DNA of 64,000 nt from Selaginella moellendorffii (Eukaryota > Plantae > Lycopodiophyta): contig NW_003314307.1 of NCBI RefSeq assembly GCF_000143415.4, forward strand, positions 1,096,952 through 1,160,951. The letters are read 5' to 3'. The translations under genes and the position numbers were made by a program. Each line of letters begins with the position of its first letter. Within the stretch, counting starts at the first letter, position 1. Of the stretch, positions 1 to 10,170 are shown in pieces. The notes beneath the pieces were generated by a model. That model was not told the DNA's origin. It made no database searches and saw nothing but the letters and a program-made list of their open reading frames with translations.

Positions 1-1711
1 GCCTAAAATATAGTCAAACTAAAAATAATTTTAGTGATTTTTACCATGTTTTACACTTTAAAGTATTGATAACATAATTCTATTTTCTATATTTTATAAA
101 TATAATATAATATAATATTATAATATAATTCTATCCCAATGCTACACAATCCTCATCTACAAAATCTCTCAATTCTAGGACAACTAGCTCTTCTAGTGGG
201 GTGTTTTCTTTAGGTGTTAAATTTTTAGTCTAGAAACCACTTGCCTATTCAGGAATATAGGATTTTCTTTAATCCAATATACTCTTAAACTTTTCTCTAA
301 TCAAGTTTATTCATAAATAAGTAAATTTCAGATGAGGATTAGGGTGTGGATATAGTTTACAAAATTCGTCCTTACTACATCTTAGATAGATTTCTAAAGG
401 TCCCACACACATTGAGACTGAAATAGTTTTGAATATCATCCTTCTTCAACCACACTCTTTAATATAGTTCTAGACTATTTCCATTGGGGAGTTTTTATAG
501 ACAATGAGAGTGGATCAAGAGTAAAAAGATCACAACTCACACTTAGACTTTTGGTCTTTACTTTACTGCTTAATGTTTATAACATGACCTTTCTCTAATG
601 TGGCTGTAGAATTTATTCCCACCACCAAGTAGCTTATGTTGAATATCTTGTATTATTATATTTAAACCTGATTTAAATTTACGTTATTATATATTTATTC
701 ATTAAATAAAAATTTAGTCTAAATTAAATTATTGAAATGTTCTTTTCTCACTTTTTTTTTGTTTATAATATTTCCTAGTCCTGAAAATATCGCCTATTGA
801 TTTTTTTTGTATTATTATTATTTGACATATTATTAAAATAAAAAACAATATTTAAGATAATATTATTATTTATTTTTCTAAATTTTCCAAAGAAAATCAA
901 GCTTTTCTACAAAATGCAACAAATTATTTTAATATTAATTTATAATATATATATATTTTTATTAATATGCTTGCTATAAATTTATCAATCACACTACTCA
1001 ATAAGTAGTAGATATCATAAGTGTAAAATTTTTAAATGCATGTTTTTCAATCAATGTATACTAAATCAACAACTTTATGAAAACACTTAATTAACATATC
1101 CAAAAAAAGAAAAAAAATCCTCAAGTAACTAATATAAGTAATTATTAATAAGGTGAGATATAGAAAAGGAATTAAAGAAGATAAGTTTCACTAAATGCAT
1201 ATTCTATTAGATGAACAGTAATATGTGGTAAAAAACATTAAAAACTAGTTATTTATTTCCTGATGTAAAAGTCTTTATTATTACTAATATTTATTTTTAA
1301 GCTTTATTACTTAAGCTAAGGGGTAAAGATAATATATATAAATCATATTTTATTAAATTCTACTAATTATAATTTGAATTTATAAAATTCAACAACAATT
1401 ATTAAAACATAAAAAAAAATTTGCAAGCATAACAGTAGCAAGGAGAGACATGCAGCAAAAAACTCATTGCATTGCATTCTTGCTTCTTGATGCCAGATTA
1501 TAAACAATAGATGCATATTGATTAGTAGCGATCAGGACTAATCGTAACGCCGGCAGCCTGCAAGAGCGGCCATTTAAGATGACAACTGAGCAAAAAGTCT
1601 CACAAGGAACAACATTAATGCCCACTCTGCTGGAGACTGGCAACGCGTTCCACCCAGTTTATAAGCCGATCTCTCGATCAAAATCCCCAAGTGCTCCACT
1701 CTTTCATTCAT

Positions 1712-2251
1712 ATGGCAGCCACATTGCTTGCTGCCTGCTGCTACCTTCTCATCCTCTTCTTTGTCATGGTTGAATCGAGAGACAACAAAGAGTTCACTCC
1801 AGAGCTTCATCACCAGTGGGGAGGAAAGTTTCCTGGAGGTGGAGGTGGAGGCTATGGCTATGGTGGCAAAGGACCCGGTTATGGCGGACCGGGCTATAGT
1901 GGAGGCTATGGTGGCGGCAACCCCGGTTACAGTGGAGGCTATGGTAACAATCCTGGCTATGGCGGAAATCCCGGCTATGGTGGTGGCTATGGTAACAATC
2001 CCGGCTATGGTGGAACTTACAGTAATGGTCCTGGCTATGGCAACAATGGCGGCGGATACTCTGGAAGTTCCGGCTATGGCGGAAGCACTCCAGCCTTAGG
2101 TGGTGGTATTGGTGGGGGTCTACCCGGAACTTTCACTGGCTCAAGTGGAACTGGGGATGGATCTGTGGAAGGAACTACCATTCCAGATCATGGTACCGGA
2201 GGAGGGTACCCTGGAACTGGGAAAATCGATCCTTCTTCCACAAAGCCATGA
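1712..2251 (+). CDS. Secreted glycine-rich cell-wall-type protein (GRP)
   Basis: ATG at 1712 (the track start at 1691 is GTG). Hydrophobic signal peptide MAATLLAACCYLLILFFVMVES, then repeated GGYG(G/N)NPGY units. TATA-like TTTATAAG about 50 bp upstream. Confidence 0.85.
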   Translation: MAATLLAACCYLLILFFVMVESRDNKEFTPELHHQWGGKFPGGGGGGYGYGGKGPGYGGPGYSGGYGGGNPGYSGGYGNNPGYGGNPGYGGGYGNNPGYGGTYSNGPGYGNNGGGYSGSSGYGGSTPALGGGIGGGLPGTFTGSSGTGDGSVEGTTIPDHGTGGGYPGTGKIDPSSTKP

Positions 2252-2339
2252 CGAATTTTTTCCTCCTCTGTAAGTTTTCTACCGTAATATAGTGAAATAT
2301 TTCTGTGGTGAAAAGTTGCTGTAAGTTTTGGAATGGAGA

Positions 2340-4181
2340 ATGGATCGACGACAATGTGTCGATCTCATCAATTCTTGCTCGACGCTGCCCATGGCGAAAG
2401 CCACCGAGGCCAAACTCTCTCCGAATTTACCGGACGTGTTCCTGAGTAACAGAATGATCCAAATGTATTCCAAGTTTCCTGGAGGCCTCGAGCACGCCAA
2501 AGCTGTGTTTGATTCCACCTCCTCCAAAAACATCTTCTCGTACGTTCTCCTCCTCTCGGCCCACACAAAAGAACCCGACGGCCTCGATAGCGCCACGTGG
2601 TTGTTCGACAGTATGCCATGTCACAACCTTGTCGCCTGGACCGTGATGCTTGCAGCATATACCGCAGCTGGGCATCTTGATTTGTCAATGCGAATATTTC
2701 ACTCAATGCCCGCATGGGATCTTGTAGTGTTAAATGCGATGCTAGCGATAATAAACGAGCACGGGAATATACCACGCGTTGAATCATTTTTCGGGTCTAT
2801 GGAGGCAAGGGATATTATTTCCTGGAATAGCATCTTAGATGCATATGCCAAAGCCGGGCATATGGGATCTGCAAAGAGCGTGTTTGATACCATACCACAG
2901 AGAGACATGGTGACGTGGACGACCATGCTGAATGTGTATGCCAAAGGAGGCTATGTTGCAGAGGCTGCAAGTGTCTACGAGAGCATGCCTGAAAGCGATC
3001 TAGTTTCGTCAACCATTATTATTACAGGATATACCCAATTTGGGTATTTTGAAAAAGCGAAAGAGGTCTTTTACTCGCTTCCATTATGGAATCTTGTGCT
3101 TTACAACTCCATGATCACTGCGTTTTCTCAAGCTGGCGAATTGGATCAAGCACGACGTTTGTTTGATTTGGCAGTGGAGAGAGACGTGATCACTTGGAAC
3201 GCCATAGAATCGGCATATGCTCATCACAATTGCCTCCAACAATCTCTTGAAATCTTTCGTAGAATGCCACAGCACGACGTGTTCTCTTGGAATATCCTCA
3301 TTGGAGCGTATTCCCAGCATGGCAAAGTAGCCGAAGCCGTCAAAAGTTTCAGTGGCATGCCCGAAAGGAATCTCACAACGTGGAACGCCATGCTATCAGC
3401 ATATACTCAAAACGGGCATCTTGAGCAGGCAAAGTGTATGTTTGACTCTATGCCTGAACATAGCTGCATAGCGGCAACAGCGCTGATTTCCACATACTCT
3501 CATTTCGGGTATATTCTTGAGGCAGAAACATTGTTTTGTGAGCTGGTTGACAAGGACTTAGGATGCTGGAATGCTCTTCTTTCCACATATGCCTCAAACG
3601 GGCATATGGGAAATGCGAGTAGAGTGTTTCACAGCATGCCTCTAAGAAACGTTGTTTCGTGGACGACGATGCTGGCTGGACACACACAGTACTCTCGCAT
3701 CACAACCGCAAAGAAGTTCTTTAATTCGATGCCTGACAAGAACTTGGTGTCATGGAGTGTGATGCTTGCAGCATATGCCACAAACAAGCTTCTCACGGCG
3801 GAAGCGCTGGAGCTTTTTGACAAGATGAAATCCTTGGAGCTTCCAGACGAGACTTGTTTTGTGCTTGCTCTTCTAGCTTGCAGCCATATTGGCAAAGCTG
3901 AGCTTGGCAAGTGTCTTTTGCTGTCCTTGGAAATGGATTTTGGCCTGAATGTGACAAGACAACACTACTGCTGCTTGATTGATCTGCTTGCTCGTATGGG
4001 GCATACAAACGATGCAAAGGAGCTGATCCAAAGTAGTCCATTTGTGCCCGAAGCTCTCGAATGGAGAAGCTTGCTTCGAAACAGTACTGCTGTTGCTGGA
4101 AACACCATCAAAATTGACTCTAGAGATGGATCGCAATACATCCTCCTTGCAAATATGTATACACAAACGGGGTTCCATTAA
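2340..4181 (+). CDS. PLS-class PPR protein dominated by tandem ~31-aa S/SS motifs, C-terminal E domain, no DYW
   Basis: Intronless ORF, first ATG at 2340. Repeated 'F..MP..(N/D)VV(S/T)W..ML.AY...G' units. End shows 'HYCCLIDLLARMGH..AKELIQSSPFVPEALEWRSLL' and 'YILLANMY' (E domain). Confidence 0.92.
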   Translation: MDRRQCVDLINSCSTLPMAKATEAKLSPNLPDVFLSNRMIQMYSKFPGGLEHAKAVFDSTSSKNIFSYVLLLSAHTKEPDGLDSATWLFDSMPCHNLVAWTVMLAAYTAAGHLDLSMRIFHSMPAWDLVVLNAMLAIINEHGNIPRVESFFGSMEARDIISWNSILDAYAKAGHMGSAKSVFDTIPQRDMVTWTTMLNVYAKGGYVAEAASVYESMPESDLVSSTIIITGYTQFGYFEKAKEVFYSLPLWNLVLYNSMITAFSQAGELDQARRLFDLAVERDVITWNAIESAYAHHNCLQQSLEIFRRMPQHDVFSWNILIGAYSQHGKVAEAVKSFSGMPERNLTTWNAMLSAYTQNGHLEQAKCMFDSMPEHSCIAATALISTYSHFGYILEAETLFCELVDKDLGCWNALLSTYASNGHMGNASRVFHSMPLRNVVSWTTMLAGHTQYSRITTAKKFFNSMPDKNLVSWSVMLAAYATNKLLTAEALELFDKMKSLELPDETCFVLALLACSHIGKAELGKCLLLSLEMDFGLNVTRQHYCCLIDLLARMGHTNDAKELIQSSPFVPEALEWRSLLRNSTAVAGNTIKIDSRDGSQYILLANMYTQTGFH

Positions 4182-4280
4182 GCAAACAAAAACTTCAAGC
4201 TATACCTTGAGATGAGAAGCTTGTGAAGTTCACGCTCCAGTGCTGACTAACCTGAGAACACTGTGCCCTGTGAAAGATAA

Positions 4281-6800
4281 TTAAGCAGCACAGAGCTGAA
4301 AACAATTACCAGCGTTTTGTTGCTTGATCGCTTCCACTCTCTGCTTCTCTTCCCACAGCCCGGCAGCTCCATATATATTTCCCATCAAAGTGTAACCTGC
4401 GAAGTCGCCACCATCAACTTCGATCAGCTTCTCGAAAGCCAGCCTTCCAATTTCCACATTCTTCCACTTGTGGCACGCACCGAGCACCGTCCTCCACGTT
4501 ACCGCCGTCGCCTTCCAAGGCATGGTCTTCACCACCGCCATCGCTGCGTCCAGCCGGTTGGCACGGCTTAGAATGTCGATGTAGCAGTGGTAGTGATCCA
4601 AGCTCGGACATGTAATCCTCTCGAAAAACCTCGTGCCTTCGTCTACCAGACCGGCGTGGCTGCAAGCCGTGAGGACGCAGATGAGAGTAACGTCGTACGC
4701 TGGAAGTCCCTGCTCTTGCATCTCGGTAAAGATCTGGAAAACCCGGTCGCTGTCGCTGTACCGAGTGTATCCTGCTATGAGCGACGTCCAGGTGATGGGG
4801 CTCGTCAAAACTTCCATGGAGTCGAATACTCGCTGAGCTCTTTCCATGATCCCAGACTTGGAGTAAAGATCCACCAGGCAGTTCCCCGTTACGATCTCGG
4901 TCTCGAATCCAAGCCTGAGAACTTCCGCGTGCATAGCTCTTCCCTGTTCCAAGTCCACCAGCTGGGTGCACGCCGTGACAACTGCTGCCAGGGTCCGAGC
5001 GTCTGGAAGACATGATCCTTGAGTGGACATGAGCGGGAGTATCTCGAGAGCCAGCTCCGCTTCCTTGTTCTCAGTGTAGCCCAGCAGGAGAGCAGTCCAG
5101 GAAACCACGCTGTGCCGACGCATCCTGTCAAACACTCGACGGGAATCCGCCATGCTCCCAGACTTGGCGTAAGCATCCACCAGAGTGTTGCTGACATAGA
5201 TGCCTGTGTCCCCGGAGCCACTCGTCTCGACTACTATGGAGTGCACGGCCATGACTTTGTCCAGGTACTTGAGCTGCTGCTTCTTCGTCATCTCCTCGTC
5301 AACCTCCTTTGCTAGCTCATTCTCCGCTAGACTCGAGCAAGCCTTGAGTGCAGCCACGAAAGTCAAGCAGTCGGGCTGGCAGTACCTCCGCATCGTGAAG
5401 AACAGCTCCAGGCATAGCTCAGCTTCGTCGTTCTCTGCGTATCCCATCAGCAGCGAGTTCCAGGCCACAACGTTGTAGCACGGCATTGTATCGAAGACCC
5501 GACGAGCATCCACCAAGCTCCCGCATTTCGAGTACACGTCTACGAGAGTGCTTGCCACGAACACGTCCGAATTGAATCCACCATTTCTCGCAGCCTGTGC
5601 ATGAATTTCCATCCCCCTTTCCAAGCTCTCGACTCTCACTTTCCTCCCGCCCGTAGGCTCCTCCTTTTCTTCTTGCTCCTCAGCAAGAGAACCGCAAGCC
5701 TTGAGAGCAACCAGGTAAACCGTTGCATCGGGCCGACACGAGCCTTGCTTCTGCATCCGAGAGAAAACCTCCAAAGCAAGCTCCGGCTCGGAATTCTCAA
5801 CGTACCCCAGCATCAAAGCTGTCCACGACACAGCATCGTGTTGATCCATCCTGCAAAACACCCTGTAAGCATCGATCATGCTCCCACACTTGGAATACAT
5901 ACTCACCAGTGTGCTCGCAACGTACACATCCTTCTCGAGCCCACAGCTCACGGCTTGCGAGTGTAGAGCCACGCCTCTTTGAAGCGCTTTCGTCTTTACC
6001 ACCCTGGCATCCACTCCGACCTTGGATCCATCTTCTTTGGCAGCTAGTCCCATGCAAGCCTTGAGAGCCGCTACCATTGTCCGAGACTCGGGTGCCAAGC
6101 TCATGCCCGAAAAGATTTCCAGTGCTAGCTCCTCATCACCACTCTCGGCATAGCCAAGTATCAACGAGCTCCAGCAAACGCTAAGCTCGTATGGCATCCG
6201 CTGGAAAGCTCGCCAGGCATCATCCATGCTGCCACACTTTGCGTAGAACTCCACCAAGCTGTTGATGACGAAAACGTTGTCACCACAGCCGGAGCTTTCC
6301 GCCTGGAAATGGATCTTCTTCCCTCTTTCCAGCGATCGAAGCTTGTTTCCAGGGGAATCTTGGATGGCCAGCGCGGTGCACGCCCTGATCGCAGCGAGAA
6401 AGCTTCTAGCGTCTGGATGGCATCCTTGATGCTGCATCTGGGCAAAGGATTCCAGCACCAGCTCGGAATACCTGCCGGTTTCCACAAACCCTAGCATCAG
6501 CGAGTTCCAGAGAACAGTGTCGTGCCTGGGCATCTGATTGAAGACCGTACGGGCGTCGGCCATGCTCTGGCACCTGGAATACATGCTTACTAGCGAGCTC
6601 GCCACGAAAATATCCGATGGATGGAGACAGTGGGCCTTGCTGTGGATGATTTTGGCGCTGTCGAGATCCCGGGCACTGCCGCACGCCTTGATCGCCGGGA
6701 GAAGCGCTGCATTGTGTTTCTGCCAGCATTGATCGATCTGTGGACGAGCCTGCTGCTTGTAGGCGGCGGAAAGAATCCTGGCGAGTCTCGATCGCCTCAT
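4281..6800 (-). CDS. PLS-class PPR-E protein with insertion-bearing L motifs, probably organelle-targeted
   Basis: First ATG at 6800 (MRRSRLARILS, Arg/Ser-rich presequence); the track start at 6959 is TTG. P-L-S triplets such as 'LVSMYSKCGS..DA..VF..M', and E domain 'DHYHCYIDILSRANRL...MPWKATAVTWRTVLGAC...YTLMGNIY'. No DYW. Confidence 0.93.
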   Translation of the reverse strand: MRRSRLARILSAAYKQQARPQIDQCWQKHNAALLPAIKACGSARDLDSAKIIHSKAHCLHPSDIFVASSLVSMYSRCQSMADARTVFNQMPRHDTVLWNSLMLGFVETGRYSELVLESFAQMQHQGCHPDARSFLAAIRACTALAIQDSPGNKLRSLERGKKIHFQAESSGCGDNVFVINSLVEFYAKCGSMDDAWRAFQRMPYELSVCWSSLILGYAESGDEELALEIFSGMSLAPESRTMVAALKACMGLAAKEDGSKVGVDARVVKTKALQRGVALHSQAVSCGLEKDVYVASTLVSMYSKCGSMIDAYRVFCRMDQHDAVSWTALMLGYVENSEPELALEVFSRMQKQGSCRPDATVYLVALKACGSLAEEQEEKEEPTGGRKVRVESLERGMEIHAQAARNGGFNSDVFVASTLVDVYSKCGSLVDARRVFDTMPCYNVVAWNSLLMGYAENDEAELCLELFFTMRRYCQPDCLTFVAALKACSSLAENELAKEVDEEMTKKQQLKYLDKVMAVHSIVVETSGSGDTGIYVSNTLVDAYAKSGSMADSRRVFDRMRRHSVVSWTALLLGYTENKEAELALEILPLMSTQGSCLPDARTLAAVVTACTQLVDLEQGRAMHAEVLRLGFETEIVTGNCLVDLYSKSGIMERAQRVFDSMEVLTSPITWTSLIAGYTRYSDSDRVFQIFTEMQEQGLPAYDVTLICVLTACSHAGLVDEGTRFFERITCPSLDHYHCYIDILSRANRLDAAMAVVKTMPWKATAVTWRTVLGACHKWKNVEIGRLAFEKLIEVDGGDFAGYTLMGNIYGAAGLWEEKQRVEAIKQQNAGNCFQLCAA

Positions 6801-7228
6801 CCATTTCCCTGCAAACCCTAAACCCTTCCCGTGGTTTTGAGTTCTATAATGGCCCTGGGCTTTAGCCTCTGCCACGTGGCTAACATAAAATTCAGCAAAT
6901 GTCACAGCTGCACAATAAGGAAGAGTTGCCGAACTTTCTGGGCTGCCAGATCCAGCCAATCTCAGCCGATGGGGGGTAATTGTAAAAGGGTTATTTCTTT
7001 AACCACGTGTTAGCAAATAATCATGCTGATGTTTGCTCCCGGCCAATGGGAGGTAGCCAAACCGTGTGGGGCAAGAGAGGAAGGCCCAGTGACACATGTC
7101 ACATGCAAATGTGTTGACCATGGCTGCACCTGTCGTTTGGGCATTGAGATCACTCAAGCAACAGTAGCAGCCCAAAAAGCCATGAGGAAGATCTGGCAAC
7201 TGGAGCAAGATCAATCATCCTCTTGGCA

Positions 7229-7290
7229 GTGGAGCGAGGTGTTGCAGCATCCGTAGTAGGTGGAGTGAGGTGTTGCAGCATCCGTAGTAC
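7229..7290 (+). repeat. 31-bp tandem duplication
   Basis: gtggagcgaggtgttgcagcatccgtagtag followed by gtggagtgaggtgttgcagcatccgtagtac. Confidence 0.9.
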
Positions 7291-7340
7291 CTTCTCTACA
7301 GGACAAGGATGGTGGGCTCTTCCTAGGAATCAAGAAGGTT

Positions 7341-7754
7341 GTGGATGAGGGATTGTCATCAGCTCGCTGGATCAGCACCAGCAGCATCATGCCGGGTTTG
7401 CTACGGACCCAGGCATCTCTCCCGCAGAAGGAAGAATATCACTCTCACTTCGAGAACGATCCAGACCTGGACATCGACATGAGGACTGGTGCCGGATCTA
7501 ACAAAGCTCCCAAAACTTGCAAGTTCACAGGGTGTGGGAAGGGCACTCAAGGAGCCTAGGGGCTGTGCATTGCTCACGGTGGTGGTCGCCACTGCCAGAA
7601 AGATGGCTGTAGCAAGGGAGCCGAGGGGAGGACTGCATACTGCAAAGCTCATGGAGGTGGACGGCAGTGCCAGACTTTGGGCTACACGAAGTCCGCCAAG
7701 GGAAAGATGGACTTGTGTATCAGGCATGGAGGTAGGTGTATGACCAAAAGATGA
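7341..7754 (+). pseudogene. WRKY19-N-terminal-like (Cx4Cx..Gx4CxxHGGG) zinc-finger repeat protein fragment
   Basis: Reads KTCKFTGCGKGTQGA*GLCIAHGGGRHCQKDGCSKGAEGRTAYCKAHGGGRQCQTLGYTKSAKGKMDLCIRHGG. In-frame TAG at 7557-7559 sits where Ser is expected; frame ends TGA 7752-7754. Confidence 0.75.
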
Positions 7755-9050
7755 AAGCTAAAGACTTTCCTGGACCCTCACTGAGTTTATTGATAACAAT
7801 GACCCTTGGCCTTAAGTCGAACTAAGCTGTTGTTTTTGCAACGCATTCAGAACCAGTTAGATCTACCAGGTTCAAGTTATAGTGCAAAGATCGTAAAATT
7901 CCAGGCTTATCAAAGTAGACAGAGTCCCTATTCTGTTGTTGTTAATGACCTGTGTGAATGTGACAGTACTTAACCACCATTCAAAATATAGAGTGAGATC
8001 GACTACTGTATCTATTCATGTTTGTCTCACCATGCTGCAATACCATTGACAATGTGAGTACCCCTGAAGCTTTAAGTGAACAGCTTTATTTTTAATGATT
8101 TACTAATAAAATTATCGACTTTACATAAACTTATTTTGTTTTATAAATTATTATAATCTTTGAATATTTAAGGTCAAAATTAACTTTTATAATTTAATTT
8201 AACAGCATTTATAAATATAATAAAAAAACTGTATGACCTGTTTAAATATCACTATAACAAATGAAACCTAGCACCAAGTGATGGTATATCAAATGTAGCT
8301 TGACTTAGTTTTATGAATGTGTAGGATCATGATCAAAGCTTTAAGTGCTAATATAAAAAAATAAAATAATTTCAACAATAGGAGTACATATTATATTTTT
8401 ATATGTCACCTTAACTATTTACAATCTAACTCATTATCAAAAAAACTAAAATAATGTATGCAGTATTTGATTAAGCAGTAATATTTTAAAATCTTTTTCC
8501 TAACTGTATAATACTATGGAATTACAGTTTCTATAGCATATATATGTACAAAAGATTTTGTTAGTAATTATTTTCTTGACTGGATTTGGTTAGTAATATT
8601 CTAAGTAAACCACATAATTAAATAATGTCTTGCTAATAAAAATAAGTAATAATTATTCTTAGTAATTATTCTCTTTTGTTTGATAAAATCTTAATATAAG
8701 TTTATCCCAAGTAAAAAATATAATTTACATATAACATATTATTAATAATAGAAATTTTATTTTTACTTTTTTCTGTGTAGATTATTTTTTAAATATATTT
8801 ATATTTCTAAATAATATTTTGTATCTTATATTTTTATTAATGAATATTTATTCTTACTTATGCCTAGGAATATATTTTGTTCTAAATATTTATATTATCA
8901 AATTTGCAAGAATTGAATTTTGTATTCACCTAACATTTACTGGGCATAATTCCCTCAATTCTTCTTTCAAAGTAGAATACAATTTTTTTTATATTATTCC
9001 AATTTTAGTTTTTAATATAATAAAATTATAACAATCAAAACAGTATTTTG

Positions 9051-9078
9051 CTAACTGGGCAGCTGGGCAAGTGCTAGT
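9051..9078 (+). mobile_element. Possible Helitron 3' terminus (decayed hairpin plus CTAG|T)
   Basis: ctaactgggcagctgggcaagtgCTAGt. Reversing CpG decay gives a ccgg-gcag-ccgg hairpin a few nt before CTAG, at the end of about 1 kb of AT-rich DNA. No 5' TC end identified. Confidence 0.35.
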
Positions 9079-9299
9079 TCAGTCTTATGCTTTTTACCTT
9101 GTAAATAATATATAAATGAATGTATATTGTAGTATAGATGTATTTGCCAAGTGCTGTGGCCAAGGCCTATGAAAGCAAGTGGTTAGCATTCGCAACCATT
9201 TCTTTAACATGTATATATCTCATTTCTGTTTGTTTTTCTTCTGGATCTGAATAAATGATTGTCCAGCCACTATGATAAGCCTAGAAATATTTTGTGACA

Positions 9300-10170
9300 G
9301 TTATAGAAAGGATGAATAATAAGCTAAAGGGCATGGGCTGGGAATTGATGATCATCCTATTCTCAACATCTAAAGTTTTTGGAGAGGCTTGGGGGTCAAG
9401 CCATAGGGCTTCTATGGTTAGCAGAGATCCAAGAAAATATCCTACACATTTCATTTATGTCTAAATTGTTTTTCTTCTTTTTATAATAGCATATGAGTTA
9501 AAGTTCTTTTGTTGATCTAGAGGAACATTAGAAAGAGGCACTATAGGTGGTGTAACTTGTTTTTGTGCACATACATAATTTTAGAAGATTAACTTGTTGA
9601 ATGTCATGTTGAATCTTATAAATTTATAATCCAACTTGTGGTCCAACTTGTAACAATCAATACAATCCCTTCTATTGGGCAAGAAGCCATTAATTGCACT
9701 ATAACTTTCATTATCATCCACTTATAAAATATAAAGTAGAAGATTTATAAATTTGTTTTCCCAATCTTATAGTATATGGTGAAAAAGATATATTACTTAC
9801 AACTAATATCATTTCATTATATATTTTTTTCTTTTAAAAGAGACAATATTATAGTATAGGAAAACAATCCTAGATCTTACATTCTACTATAAAGTGGCCT
9901 AAAAGCCCTATATTTTACACTAGCTAATATAGTGTTTCTCAAAGGGATATTGTGCCTCACCATGAAGCAATAGTGGGTATGTGTCCATAACTCATTTTTG
10001 AATCTATTGTACATCCATACATACACATTTTCTAGACTCACAATTGAGCAATTACTATAGTGCTCAAGTAATATTTGTAGACCTATGGAGCCATTTGTCT
10101 TGTCTAAAAAAAAGTAGTATATTTCACACCAAATATAATAGCATTCTATGCTTTCAAGTAGTCTTACCAT
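9300..10170 (-). mobile_element. Heavily degenerate Ty3/gypsy integrase C-terminus with chromodomain-like tail
   Basis: Broken minus-strand translation gives integrase-like 'NRFKNELWTH', 'QVNLLKLYV' and chromodomain-like 'YFLGSLLTIEALWLDP'; many stops and frameshifts. Confidence 0.5.

Noticed and set aside
1-1500. AT-rich stretch, possibly decayed TE
   Set aside because: No termini, ORFs or repeats I can support.
1574-2099. ORFs 1574-1813, 1579-1773 and 1728-2099
   Set aside because: Alternate-frame or antisense shadows of the glycine-rich gene.
4317-6821. Many short ORFs overlapping PPR genes (also 36038-38179 and 53480-55021)
   Set aside because: Expected shadows of GC-rich coding sequence; no independent motifs.
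9100-9299. TG...CA-bounded segment as a possible LTR
   Set aside because: No partner LTR, PBS, PPT or TSD found.
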